A stretch of DNA of 64,000 bases from Candidatus Hydrogenedentota bacterium (lineage in GTDB: Bacteria > Hydrogenedentota > Hydrogenedentia > Hydrogenedentales > SLHB01). The DNA is taken from the NCBI GenBank assembly GCA_963674865.2, contig CAXXYE010000009.1:1280001-1344000 (forward strand). Reading direction: 5' to 3'. Position 1 is the stretch's first letter. The number at the start of each line of letters is the position of its first letter. The position numbers and the translations under genes are program-made. Positions 28,201 through 38,113 of the stretch are shown here, in pieces. The notes under the pieces are model-generated. The model was not told where the DNA came from. It saw only the letters and a list, made by a program, of their open reading frames with translations, and did not search any database.

Positions 28201-30084
28201 TTACGAGTTGCTCGACCTCACGATCCTGACCTGGCGTGGCCGGAGAGCCGTGCCGTTGAGTTCTAGAGCCGCCTGCCCCGCGTTGAACCAGAGCATATAA
28301 TGCCCACTCCTATCGGACAATTCTGCCGAGACGAGGTCCTCTTCGAAACACACTCCGGTGATGGACGCGCCGCCGTCGTGCAGGATAGTCCAATCGACGG
28401 CCTCAGTATCGGGCAGCTCAGCCGTGATGAGCCATCCTCTCCCAGCTTCCGCAATCGCCGGAGCTACCGGCCCCATCTCCATCCGAGAACGCTGGCTTTC
28501 CGTCGTGATGACGTTGCCGTCAACGGCCGGGGGGGCGCAGGTCGCCCGGTTCATGGCCCAGCGGACCTCCCGCTTTCGGCCGGGGGCGGCATTGACGATC
28601 CACGTGGCTGACTCGCCGAACACGTAACAGGTCATTACGCCGCCCCAGTCGATGCAGGCTGTCTGTAAGTCACTGCGGTCCATGCTAAACCTGTTCTCGA
28701 TGTTGAGCCGCGCTGTGTCAATTGCCCAAGTGCGGAGGCCGGAGGCGCCGCCGCCTTCGAACTCGCACAGCAAGGGGCGCTCGCCTGCGAGACACCAGTG
28801 CTGGAGGCCCGACCAGTCCTTGACGCCGCTGAAAACCAGGAGTGTGTGGTAATCGCGGCGCACGTTGAAGTAGCTGGTGATGTCATAGTTCCCGTAGTCG
28901 GCGAAGCGCGCAAGGCGATCGGGCAGGGGGGTAAGGACGATCGAGGGATCGTGGAAGAGAGCCGCGGTAATCCATGGAATCCCTCCATGGTCGATGGCCA
29001 CGCTGCCGGACTGGCGTTCGAGGACCGCAAGGTAGTCCGCGGCGAGTGTCGTGCAGTACGGCCGCTCCCTTGCGTAGTACTCGAGGGCGCCGAGAAGATA
29101 GGCGAGTGAATTCGGGCTGAAGCGGCCGGTTCGCGTCGAGATGGCCTGCATCGGCAGGCCCTGCGAGTCATGCATGGTGCTGAGCCAGTCGAGGGAGCGG
29201 AGAAGGGGTTTATCCAACGCCGACTCGCCGCGGCCTATGCGGTGGCGGAAGGCATAGAGAAATGTCACGTACGAGTAGCAGAAGTCCGGCCCCGGCCCCT
29301 CGACGACCATCCCGTTTTCGGCCAACACCCGGCGGCCGACCCATGCCCAGTTTTCTCGAATGCGCTCAAGGTACTCTGGGCGCTCGAATACTCGTGCCGC
29401 CGTTGCCATAACACCGCACCACACGCAGCCGCGGTTGCTTTGCGAGGTGTTCACGTTCTCGTACAAGTAATCCGCTGCCTTGGCCAAGCCCTCGCGGAAT
29501 CGGGCGGCTTGCTCGGCGGGCAGCGTGTGGCGGACGCAGAGATAGGCGGCCAGGAGAGGCTCGAGGCGCCACGCCATCTCGTGCGTGCCGTAGCAACTGC
29601 TCGTACGGATCGAGGAGAAGGCAAATTCGCCCGTCGGCAATTGGTGCTCGATGTATGCCTGAAGGCCGTTGATTACGCCCTCGCGAAAGCGTTCGTTTTT
29701 GTAGTGCCGCGACTCCGGGAGCGCCCATGCCAGGGCGAGATTGCCGATGTGTGAGGCCGATACTCTCCCTAGGCGATACAGCCACACGTATTCGGACATT
29801 CCGGCATAGCGTTTGCGCTCGTGTCGGTCGAGTTCGGCGACTTCCGGTGGCGGCATCGCGCCGGAGAGGTTCACGAGGCCTTTATCAAAGTCGAACTCAT
29901 CTGCGAGCCGGGTGATTTCCTCATCGAAACGGGCGATGTAACGCATGGCACGGAGATTGTCCAAACGCCCGGACGTGCCCGGCGCGAACACCGCCCGAAA
30001 CGCCTCGATGCCGGTGGCCTCAGCATCGGCCGGGCCGCTCCAGAGCGCGGAAACAACGGCGGCCGCGACGGAAAAGACTAGCAT
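28201..30084 (-). CDS. Secreted hypothetical protein, helical toroid (lyase/heparinase-like) plus beta-rich C-terminus
   Basis: AAGGAG RBS; signal peptide ending ADA; helical region with SNRG and EGPGPDFCY; function uncertain. Confidence 0.55.
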   Translation of the reverse strand: MLVFSVAAAVVSALWSGPADAEATGIEAFRAVFAPGTSGRLDNLRAMRYIARFDEEITRLADEFDFDKGLVNLSGAMPPPEVAELDRHERKRYAGMSEYVWLYRLGRVSASHIGNLALAWALPESRHYKNERFREGVINGLQAYIEHQLPTGEFAFSSIRTSSCYGTHEMAWRLEPLLAAYLCVRHTLPAEQAARFREGLAKAADYLYENVNTSQSNRGCVWCGVMATAARVFERPEYLERIRENWAWVGRRVLAENGMVVEGPGPDFCYSYVTFLYAFRHRIGRGESALDKPLLRSLDWLSTMHDSQGLPMQAISTRTGRFSPNSLAYLLGALEYYARERPYCTTLAADYLAVLERQSGSVAIDHGGIPWITAALFHDPSIVLTPLPDRLARFADYGNYDITSYFNVRRDYHTLLVFSGVKDWSGLQHWCLAGERPLLCEFEGGGASGLRTWAIDTARLNIENRFSMDRSDLQTACIDWGGVMTCYVFGESATWIVNAAPGRKREVRWAMNRATCAPPAVDGNVITTESQRSRMEMGPVAPAIAEAGRGWLITAELPDTEAVDWTILHDGGASITGVCFEEDLVSAELSDRSGHYMLWFNAGQAALELNGTALRPRQVRIVRSSNS

Positions 30085-30288
30085 GAATTGTATCTCCTTG
30101 GCTGTTCGCCACAATGAAGGGGCATTGTACTTCCGCCGCCGCACAGCGGCAAACGCTTGCCCTGTTCGGCCTGTTCTGAGCTTCATACGTGCCCAGGCGA
30201 GTCAGTCATTAGTAACGCGCTCGGGAGAAAGTGTGATAAGCTTGGCCGCTGCCTCCCGATAGATGCGCATATCCTCGATATCCCTGTG

Positions 30289-31674
30289 ATGACTACGAAC
30301 CACACACCAGAGCCGCGCTGGGCCGGACTCAAAGAAGTTCTCGGAATGGCCTTCCCCATCATCTTGGGGACGTTGTCATTCACGGTGATGCAATTCGCCG
30401 ATCAAGTCATGGTGGCCCGTCTGGGCTCCGAAGCGCTGGCTGCCGTGGGATCAGCGGGACTCTGGTCCTTCACGCTCTCCACCTTCCTCATGGGGATTGT
30501 CGGGTGTGTCGGCACTTTCGTGTCGCAGAGCTTCGGCCGGGGTGAGAAGCACGAATGCGCCAGCTACGCATGGCAGGGCGTATATCTTGCCTTCCTCACC
30601 GGCGCGACAATTCTCGTTCTTTGGCCTGTTTCCATGCCCCTGTTCGGCGTCATGGGACACGCCCCGCGGGTTACAGAGTTTGAGGTGAGCTATTTCCGCC
30701 TATTGCTGTTCGGATATCTGCCGATGGCTTGGCTCACGGCCCTCACCGCTTTCTTTCAGGCTGTCAGCCGTCCCCGGATTCCTATGATAACCGCGATAAT
30801 CTGCAACGCTGTCAATATTCTGCTCAATTATCTCTTGATCTTCGGGAAATTCGGCTTTCCGAGGTGGGAGATCCGGGGCGCCGCGGTGGCCACCGTTATT
30901 TCGGTTGCCCTTCAGGCCGTCATGCTCCAGGGCGTGTTCCTGAACGGCGCCATGAATGAAGAATACGGAACTCGGCGGACATTTCGCATTGACCTCACGA
31001 AGATGCGCGAGTTGTTCCGGATTGGCTGGCCGGCAGGCGTTTCTTTCTTCATTGATGTCTTCAACTGGGGCATATTCACGAGTTTCCTCGTCGGGAGGTT
31101 CGGGACGACGGCCCTCGCGGCGCATGTGGCGGCTACGAACTTCATGCACGTCTCCTTCATGCCGGCGGTGGGGCTGAACAACGCCATCGCGCCAATCGTT
31201 GGCCAGTGGATCGGGCGCGACAATATCCCCACGGCCAAAGCGCGCACGTATACCGCAATGAAACTCGCTGTTGTCTATATGACTCTCATGGGCCTCATCA
31301 TGGCGGTGTTCGGCGGCCGGCTTATCCGTTTATGCTTCAGTGACGACCCGGAAGTGATACGGCTTGGGCACTATCTGCTCATTCTCGCCGCTGTTTTTCA
31401 GGGCTTCGACGCGACAAACATCATCACTATGGGCGCCCTGCGGGGCGCCGGCGACACGCGCTACATGGCCGTCGTGGTTTCTATTCTGGCGTATCTTCTG
31501 TTCCTGCCCTTGGCGTGGGTGCTCGGACACGTTCTTGGCCTTGCGGCCGTCGGCGCGTGGATCGGCGCAACCGTCTACATCATTTTGCTCAGTCTGGTGC
31601 TGTTTCGTCGTTTCAACGGCGAGCGCTGGCGTCACATCCGTATCTTCGAGAAGGATAGGCAGGCGGCTGACTGA
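30289..31674 (+). CDS. MATE-family efflux transporter
   Basis: MAFP, DQVMVARLG, FVSQSFG, LLIFGKFGFP, GAAVAT, GALRGAGDT; about 12 TM segments. Confidence 0.92.
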   Translation: MTTNHTPEPRWAGLKEVLGMAFPIILGTLSFTVMQFADQVMVARLGSEALAAVGSAGLWSFTLSTFLMGIVGCVGTFVSQSFGRGEKHECASYAWQGVYLAFLTGATILVLWPVSMPLFGVMGHAPRVTEFEVSYFRLLLFGYLPMAWLTALTAFFQAVSRPRIPMITAIICNAVNILLNYLLIFGKFGFPRWEIRGAAVATVISVALQAVMLQGVFLNGAMNEEYGTRRTFRIDLTKMRELFRIGWPAGVSFFIDVFNWGIFTSFLVGRFGTTALAAHVAATNFMHVSFMPAVGLNNAIAPIVGQWIGRDNIPTAKARTYTAMKLAVVYMTLMGLIMAVFGGRLIRLCFSDDPEVIRLGHYLLILAAVFQGFDATNIITMGALRGAGDTRYMAVVVSILAYLLFLPLAWVLGHVLGLAAVGAWIGATVYIILLSLVLFRRFNGERWRHIRIFEKDRQAAD

Positions 31675-31783
31675 CCGCGGGAAGATCGGCCGCCTTCGGA
31701 CAGACTACGCCTTGGTTTGGCGATCTGCGTGGGGGGAGGGCGGATGCGCGTCCCACCAGAAACCGCACATTCAGGCCTGACTT

Positions 31784-32974
31784 CTAGCCGGGTTCAAGCC
31801 GCGAGCGGTAGGGGGAGTGGCCAAAGAGAAGGCCATCGCAGAGGCGATCCGCATCTGGACTGCCGCCTTCGATGATTCCCAGCGCGCGGGCCTGGGCTGT
31901 GTTAAGCGCGCCGATATAGAGCTGCGAGAAGCTCCAGATGGTGCAGCGGATTGCGTCGCCACGCGAGCCCCCGGATACCGCGACCTGGCCGTCTTCGATG
32001 TCTACGCTCACTGGGATGGGCTTATCGGGTGAGACAACCCAGTCTTCGACTTCGAATGCCAGGCTGCCGCGGAGGCCCGCAGGAGGCTTGGCTGCGGCAA
32101 GGACCTGGGCCGCATCATTCACGCGTATCATGAGGCGCTGTAGGCGTTCGATGGGCACACGATCCCCGAACATCCTGTAGAGTAAGCTGGAGCACGGAAG
32201 GTGAAGGTGGACGCTGGTGGTGTTGGGGACCTCCGCCAAGGCGCGCGCCAAGGCCGCTTCGACAAAGAGGTCCTCGCCCTGAAGCTCCGTTACGCTCACC
32301 TGCACTCCCTGTGTGTGTTTGATTCTCTCGATGTTGAAGAAGACGTAGCCTTTGATCTCGCCATTGGGGCCGGGATAAACAAATCCGTTCTTGGAGACGT
32401 CCTTCGGGCCGCGTTCGGCCCACCACGCCTGCGAACGCACGGTTTGTCCGTTCGTGCGCTTGGCGCAGGCGTCGTGACAGCGCCCGATGGCGGGCATGTC
32501 GGATTTCTCCGCGGGCCGGGTCGCGTCGGAGGGGGCGTCGATGGTGCGTAGCGCGTCGGGGTAAACCCTCAAGAGCATGTCGGGATTGCCCGGGCCCCAG
32601 CCCAGCCGGCCGTACCATTTGTACGAGAACGGCCAGAGCGGGCAGAGCCATTGGCCGCAATCCCGGAGGTGGTGAACGGCCCCCATCATCAAGGCGGCCC
32701 CATGGCCCTGTCCCTGGTAAGCGGGCGTCGTGGCAACGGCCCCGATCGCTGCCGCCGGGACTTGGGCTTCACCCATCCAGAGCGGGCCGGGCATCATGAC
32801 GAGTGCGCTCGATATCGTGCCGTCGGGCGTGACGCCGACAAGCGTGCGTTCCAAGGGCGCGCCGTCGAGGAAATCGCTATGAAATGCGCGTGTCTGAACG
32901 CGACAGGCGGCGTCGCGCTCCTCCGGCCGCATAAGCCGAACTTCAAGATCTGTGGCGTGATGTGCTGTTTTCAT
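31784..32974 (-). CDS. Eis-like GNAT acetyltransferase with a C-terminal SCP2-like domain
   Basis: IGAVATTPAYQGQGHGAALM, LWPFSYKWYGRLGW, SQLYIG. Confidence 0.85.
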   Translation of the reverse strand: MKTAHHATDLEVRLMRPEERDAACRVQTRAFHSDFLDGAPLERTLVGVTPDGTISSALVMMPGPLWMGEAQVPAAAIGAVATTPAYQGQGHGAALMMGAVHHLRDCGQWLCPLWPFSYKWYGRLGWGPGNPDMLLRVYPDALRTIDAPSDATRPAEKSDMPAIGRCHDACAKRTNGQTVRSQAWWAERGPKDVSKNGFVYPGPNGEIKGYVFFNIERIKHTQGVQVSVTELQGEDLFVEAALARALAEVPNTTSVHLHLPCSSLLYRMFGDRVPIERLQRLMIRVNDAAQVLAAAKPPAGLRGSLAFEVEDWVVSPDKPIPVSVDIEDGQVAVSGGSRGDAIRCTIWSFSQLYIGALNTAQARALGIIEGGSPDADRLCDGLLFGHSPYRSRLEPG

Positions 32975-33104
32975 TCGCGCATCCTATCATAATCTCACGG
33001 CATATCGAAGATGCCTCATCCGCTCGTTGGTGATGTCCTTTCTGACGCTCGGCGCCATGGGCGCTCAGCCTTGGAAGGCCGGATAAGAGGGAGAGCCGGT
33101 GACC

Positions 33105-35936
33105 TCAACCAGCTCTGATGATGAACTCCGCCGTGCGGAAAGAGGGACTCGCCGGCGCTTCGATGGTGAGTACACGGCGGCCTGCATTGAAGGCATGGGC
33201 GACGGGGGCGCCGTCCAGCGACACGACCTCGGGAGCTGGGAAAGGCCAGAAGACGCGGACAGGTACGGGTTGAGCGTGCTTGTACTTGAGGGCGAAGGTG
33301 AAGGTTCCGTCCGCAAGTGACGCGCCTTTCCCCATGAAGGATGTGCCCGGGATGCCGGTTTTGCTCCCGAGCACAATGGGCAGACGCTTCTGCTCGGCCG
33401 TGGCGGCGAAGGCGGGGAGTGACTCGACGATCACATGGCTCCACACGGAGTTGAGCCGGCTGTTTGACAAAGGCACGCCGCCCTCGTCCGTTTGGCTATT
33501 GAGCGCGCCGACCCAGGCGGCGTTGGCGGCGTAGAAGTAGTCGAGGTCGTTGGTGGCGAGGTAGGCCTGGAGCATGATGTTGCCCCAATGCGAAGTTGTC
33601 GCGTAGTTGCCGGTGATATGAAGTTCTGTGGGTATGGGTTGGCGCGATTGCCGACCATCCCGGCGATACCAGTAGGAGTTGGGAAAAGTGCCTGGGTTGT
33701 TGCCGTCGGCGGTTTCCTGCATGCCGAGGTGGTAGTCCACCGTCTTCATGAGTGTCCGCAGGATTTCTTCGTCCTTCGATGCGTGGTACAAGGGCCACAG
33801 TCCCATGGCCGTGTAACCGGCAAAGATGGGGGTATTGCGGTGTTCACGAGTGGCTTCGGGCACGCTGCGCCACCAGCCCTCCGGCTCCTGCCGGGGCGCG
33901 ATCCATCGGGCAAGTCGGAACGCGGTGTCGACGTATTGAGAATCGCCGGTTACCTCGTACATTCGCAGGAGCATCTTCGCGATGTACGCGGAGCGATACT
34001 GCACGCCGCCCAAGGTGCCGTCGACGCCGCCATCTTGCGGCTCGCCATCCTTCCAGGCGCGCACGCAGTAGTCGGCCATAGCCTTGGCCGTTTCGAACCA
34101 CCACGGATCGCCGGATACCAGGGCGGCGAGAAGAAGCCCTTCGAAGCGCTGGTAGACGTAGGGGTTGCAGAACCAGTCGCAGTAATAATGGCCGAGCCCA
34201 TTGCTCGGGCGGGCATGGCTGGTGGACACGTCAGCAAAAACTTGGGCATGGATGGGAGCGAATGAGGCGAGGGCGGCATCGCCGGAGCGCAGGTACTCCT
34301 GGTAGAGGGCGAGTACGATGTCCCCGTTACGATAGGTGAACCGGCCGCCGCTGAGCATATGCTCCGGCGCGATGTCGATCTCGTCGACATACATCTTCCG
34401 GAGGTCGGGCGTGGGCTCGGGCGTGAAGTACTGAAAGACCTCGCCGAAAACCATGCCGCCGGCGTGGAGATCGACTTCGTATGTGCCCTCGCCGCTTTTG
34501 TCGGGCCCGGGATCGGCGCCGCGTGTACAGCGGACATACTCTGCTCGGGGCACGCGGGCACGAGTGTAGTAAAGGGCCGCCTCGCGCGCCTCGTCATCGA
34601 ACAAGTGGGAGGCGGACTTCTCTTGGAAGACGCCCATGGAGGTCAGGAACGCGCGGTCATATACGACGTGGGACATGACTTTCACGGCGCGTGCGATGGC
34701 GGCCTCTCTGTCGGGGGGAGGGTCGAAGGCAAGCCAATACGTGAAGGTTCGCGCCATGCCTTCGCGAAGGCGCACGTCGGGGGGCGGCAAGACGGGAGAA
34801 GCTGCCACGTAATGCAGGAGGTGGAGTCGTTTGCCGTCGAAGGCGTATTCACTTGCGGCGTGCTTGTCCCCGGCGGCCATCTCCTGGAAGTGCGGGAAGA
34901 CGAGCATCAGCGAAGGACCGTCGGCAATACGCAGGGCGAGCCATTCTCCGAGGTTGTCGGCGACGCCTCGAGCGGCTGGGGCCAGCTCAGGGCTGCCGTA
35001 GCCGGTGTTGGCCCACCAGCGGAAGGCTTCCTGGCGGACAAACACGCCGGATGTGTCATGCGGGACGCCGTCTTCGAGTCCCGCGCAAAGACCGGTAACA
35101 TTATCGAGGCCCGCGACGACGGGGGCTATGCCGTTCAGGCGCAAATCCTGGGCGGTACGATTGATGAACCGCACATCACAGCGAACATACGGCGAATCCG
35201 CATAGAACCGGAATTCCTGATGAAGCTCGAGATCCTCGGTGAGCATCGAGGTGAACCGGATGGCCTTGTGGATGCGGCCGTCGTGCAGGAGGGTTGCGCT
35301 GCCATCGACTGGGGCAAGTCCGAACTCTTCCACTGGAAAGACGATCGGCCGCCAGCGGGAAGTGATTTGCACTTCCGTGTCCTTGATCTTCATCGCCGTG
35401 ATGCCTTGGGGAGTCAAGATCATGGCATAGTCCGTGTTCTCGACGAGCGCGGTGGTGCCCTTGAGGCGGAGGCGGAGCGGCGATTTCGGCCGGCGCATCT
35501 TCTTTCCCCAACGCAAGGTGAGGGTCCTCGAATCCTTGCCTGCGATGGGGTCGACGACACAGGACACGAGCGTCCAGCGGGCGGGCTGTGCCTGCCAGTT
35601 GCCCTCGGATGTGAAGTCAGCAGGGATCGGCGCGCCTGTTTCATCCAGAAGAGCAACGCGCCGCGGCGATGCCACCTGCCCCAAGGGAATGCCGAAAGTC
35701 ACAGGGACTCGTGGGAGCTCTTCCGGGAAGACGACGTGGATGGAAGTCTCTCCAACTGCGGCGCCATACATTGGCGTGACAATCCGGCCGGTTTCGCCAT
35801 GATCCGGCGGAGTCTGGGCCTGTGCGGCCCAAGCCAGCGACACAATGAGCGTGGTGAGGACGAACTGGCGGTTAGGTTTGGACACGATCAGGCCTCCCCA
35901 TGGTGCGGTTTCTCGATGTGCCAATAGGGCATCCAA
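33105..35936 (-). CDS. Large secreted protein, YetA/PcRGLX-like (N-terminal beta domains plus alpha/alpha toroid)
   Basis: Signal peptide ending AQA; PVTFGIP..ALLDETGAPIPA N-terminus; repeated toroid helices (YEVTGD, YHASKD, YLATND). Start codon uncertain. Confidence 0.6.
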   Translation of the reverse strand: MDALLAHRETAPWGGLIVSKPNRQFVLTTLIVSLAWAAQAQTPPDHGETGRIVTPMYGAAVGETSIHVVFPEELPRVPVTFGIPLGQVASPRRVALLDETGAPIPADFTSEGNWQAQPARWTLVSCVVDPIAGKDSRTLTLRWGKKMRRPKSPLRLRLKGTTALVENTDYAMILTPQGITAMKIKDTEVQITSRWRPIVFPVEEFGLAPVDGSATLLHDGRIHKAIRFTSMLTEDLELHQEFRFYADSPYVRCDVRFINRTAQDLRLNGIAPVVAGLDNVTGLCAGLEDGVPHDTSGVFVRQEAFRWWANTGYGSPELAPAARGVADNLGEWLALRIADGPSLMLVFPHFQEMAAGDKHAASEYAFDGKRLHLLHYVAASPVLPPPDVRLREGMARTFTYWLAFDPPPDREAAIARAVKVMSHVVYDRAFLTSMGVFQEKSASHLFDDEAREAALYYTRARVPRAEYVRCTRGADPGPDKSGEGTYEVDLHAGGMVFGEVFQYFTPEPTPDLRKMYVDEIDIAPEHMLSGGRFTYRNGDIVLALYQEYLRSGDAALASFAPIHAQVFADVSTSHARPSNGLGHYYCDWFCNPYVYQRFEGLLLAALVSGDPWWFETAKAMADYCVRAWKDGEPQDGGVDGTLGGVQYRSAYIAKMLLRMYEVTGDSQYVDTAFRLARWIAPRQEPEGWWRSVPEATREHRNTPIFAGYTAMGLWPLYHASKDEEILRTLMKTVDYHLGMQETADGNNPGTFPNSYWYRRDGRQSRQPIPTELHITGNYATTSHWGNIMLQAYLATNDLDYFYAANAAWVGALNSQTDEGGVPLSNSRLNSVWSHVIVESLPAFAATAEQKRLPIVLGSKTGIPGTSFMGKGASLADGTFTFALKYKHAQPVPVRVFWPFPAPEVVSLDGAPVAHAFNAGRRVLTIEAPASPSFRTAEFIIRAG

Positions 35937-35976
35937 GTCAACGCCGTATGCGGTGCGCAGCTGCTTCCTCGCCGAG

Positions 35977-38064
35977 CTACATTCCCGGCGACGCTCTCAA
36001 CGAGCCGCCTTTGATTCTTGGATCGCCTTTGAGGGCCATGGCCTCAATGGTAACGACGCCGTCTTCCCATACCACCGTGCCTGTTCCCATGGACTTCACC
36101 TTGACTGAGCCGCCGGGCACGGACAGTCTGAGGGGGCTTGGGCGGCCATTGTAGCCGGCGACCCATAACTTCGCTTCCGGATTGCCGTACAACCAGGCCG
36201 GGTGTTTGCCGCAGGTGAGGACGGCGTCGCCGACGGTGATTCTGCCGTCAGCTTCTTGGCGCGCCACAGGCGACTCTAGCATGGGCCAGCCGAGATCGCC
36301 TTCCTGGGTCCAGCGGCGTTTGAGTTCCCACGCGATAAGATCGACGTCGATGCCGAGGGACTGGCCCTCGCGCATGTATTCGATAGTCCACCGGCGCTGT
36401 TTATCGTCCATGTAACTTGTGACTGGCGGATCGGCTTGATCCGTTAGCACGCCGGAGGCAACCGCACGCGCGAAGGCCCGGACGCTCGGGTAGTCCGAAC
36501 GCTGGGCGACTTCCGCGTAGAAGCCGCACTGCGGCTCGCCGCGAAAGAAGCGACTTCGGCGCTCACTATCCCAGAAGATCTTCTCCGGGCCGAGGTAGTT
36601 GTACATTTCGAGGACAAGGTCGTCCTCGATGGCCGCAAGGCGCATGGGCGCGTCACAGCCTAAGTCGGTGCGCGTCAAGGGCCGCACAGCGATGAGCATG
36701 TCGCCGACGGCCAGGGCGACGATTTCACCGGGCGCAACCGAGACGGGCAGATCCTCGGCCCGGCTGTCGCCCACCCATATCTCGTCCACGAATGGCCGCT
36801 GGGTGCAGATGAGGTTCAGCTTGGCGGAACGGCACTTAAACGCGCTTGCGGGCGCGAGGCTTGCAGGATGTTCGAGGATGCGCGGGGCATAGAGAACAAT
36901 GGCCCGAGGACCCCACTGAGCGGCGAGGGCCTTGCCCGCGTCGGCCATGCGGGGGCGCTGGCTGCGGTCGGCGGGGTGTTCGGGATCGCCGAACCAGGTG
37001 TCGTCAATGAGGTAGCGGGTGTAGACGACGGCGGGTCGCTCGACCTGAGATAGGTGGGCGTGGGCTATGAATACGTCGGACTGGCGGCTTACCTCGCGCG
37101 TTGCGACGCCGAGCGCGAAGGAAGGTGTGTGATACGAGGTGGCTCCGATGCGCCAGTCCGCGTGGGCGGTTTCCACAAGTTGCATGGGCAAGGGCTGTGA
37201 TCCCAAGGCATGGCTCAACCACGAGGGGACGACGCCGTCATCGATCCATTTCTTCATGAACTCGATCTCGGGATCGTCTTCGCACACAACGGTATGGAGG
37301 TAGGCTCGGCTGTGCGGCCCGGCGAGGTGCCCGCTGGCCTGCTGGAGATGCATCGCGGCGCTGAGTGCAAGACGCGCGGCCATGGTGCGCGCGCGGACGC
37401 GGGTGGCGTCGTCCTTGACAAGGTCGCCCAAGATGTCGAGCGCGCCGATGGTTACGCGCATGTAGCCGGGGCTGTTGAACTCGTAAACGTTGCCATTTTC
37501 GGCGGTGAGGTCGGTGAGTCGCTCGAGCTTGGCATAGCCTCGGGCCGCGATCTCCGCGTCGTTCAGGAGTTCGCCCCCCAGGCAGGAGCTGAGGCAGTCC
37601 AGCGAGGCGATGTTGGTGTAGGTAATGGCCACGTCGAGGCGGCGGATGGCCTCACAGCCCCGGCGGATGCTCTCCAGGACGCGTTGCTGCATGGCAGGGG
37701 AGAGGCGGTTACTGTGGCGGATCATCATTGGAATGAGTGCGCGATGGGTGAAACCGGCGGCATTCAGGTCTTGCACGGCGGGGGCCTCGCGATACCAAAG
37801 GTAGTTGCCGTAGTGGGCATGGCCCGGACGGGTCTCCTGACAGGCCAGTACGGCGTCGAGAATCTTCTCCGCCAGGGCAATGTCCTCGGGCGTACCATTG
37901 GCGACGAGCGCCTCGGCCAAAGCGGCCGAATCCCGCACGGAATGATAGGAAACCGCCCCTCTGCTGCGTCCCAACATATTGACGCTGGGGTTGAATTCGT
38001 CGGGGAGGGCATATGGCGTCCCCACGAGGGTGGCTGCTGTCAACAGTGTAAGAAGAACTATCAT
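35977..38064 (-). CDS. Secreted hypothetical protein (helical toroid, lyase-like)
   Basis: AAGGAG RBS; hydrophobic N-terminus; YTNI, YEFNSPGY and AGPHSRAY motifs. Confidence 0.55.
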   Translation of the reverse strand: MIVLLTLLTAATLVGTPYALPDEFNPSVNMLGRSRGAVSYHSVRDSAALAEALVANGTPEDIALAEKILDAVLACQETRPGHAHYGNYLWYREAPAVQDLNAAGFTHRALIPMMIRHSNRLSPAMQQRVLESIRRGCEAIRRLDVAITYTNIASLDCLSSCLGGELLNDAEIAARGYAKLERLTDLTAENGNVYEFNSPGYMRVTIGALDILGDLVKDDATRVRARTMAARLALSAAMHLQQASGHLAGPHSRAYLHTVVCEDDPEIEFMKKWIDDGVVPSWLSHALGSQPLPMQLVETAHADWRIGATSYHTPSFALGVATREVSRQSDVFIAHAHLSQVERPAVVYTRYLIDDTWFGDPEHPADRSQRPRMADAGKALAAQWGPRAIVLYAPRILEHPASLAPASAFKCRSAKLNLICTQRPFVDEIWVGDSRAEDLPVSVAPGEIVALAVGDMLIAVRPLTRTDLGCDAPMRLAAIEDDLVLEMYNYLGPEKIFWDSERRSRFFRGEPQCGFYAEVAQRSDYPSVRAFARAVASGVLTDQADPPVTSYMDDKQRRWTIEYMREGQSLGIDVDLIAWELKRRWTQEGDLGWPMLESPVARQEADGRITVGDAVLTCGKHPAWLYGNPEAKLWVAGYNGRPSPLRLSVPGGSVKVKSMGTGTVVWEDGVVTIEAMALKGDPRIKGGSLRASPGM

Positions 38065-38113
38065 GCTGTCCTCTCCTTCAGGCGTGTTGCCCTGCCACTG
38101 AGTGTCTCCGAGC

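Noticed and set aside
30289..32974. MATE plus Eis-like GNAT as a resistance island
   Set aside because: The genes are convergent, have no mobility signals, and both families are widespread with other roles.
34359..35927. 522-aa plus-strand ORF (likewise 14568-15467, 37210-38232, 47779-49047, 58991-60262)
   Set aside because: Antisense shadows of well-supported genes, as expected in high-GC DNA; no recognisable motifs.
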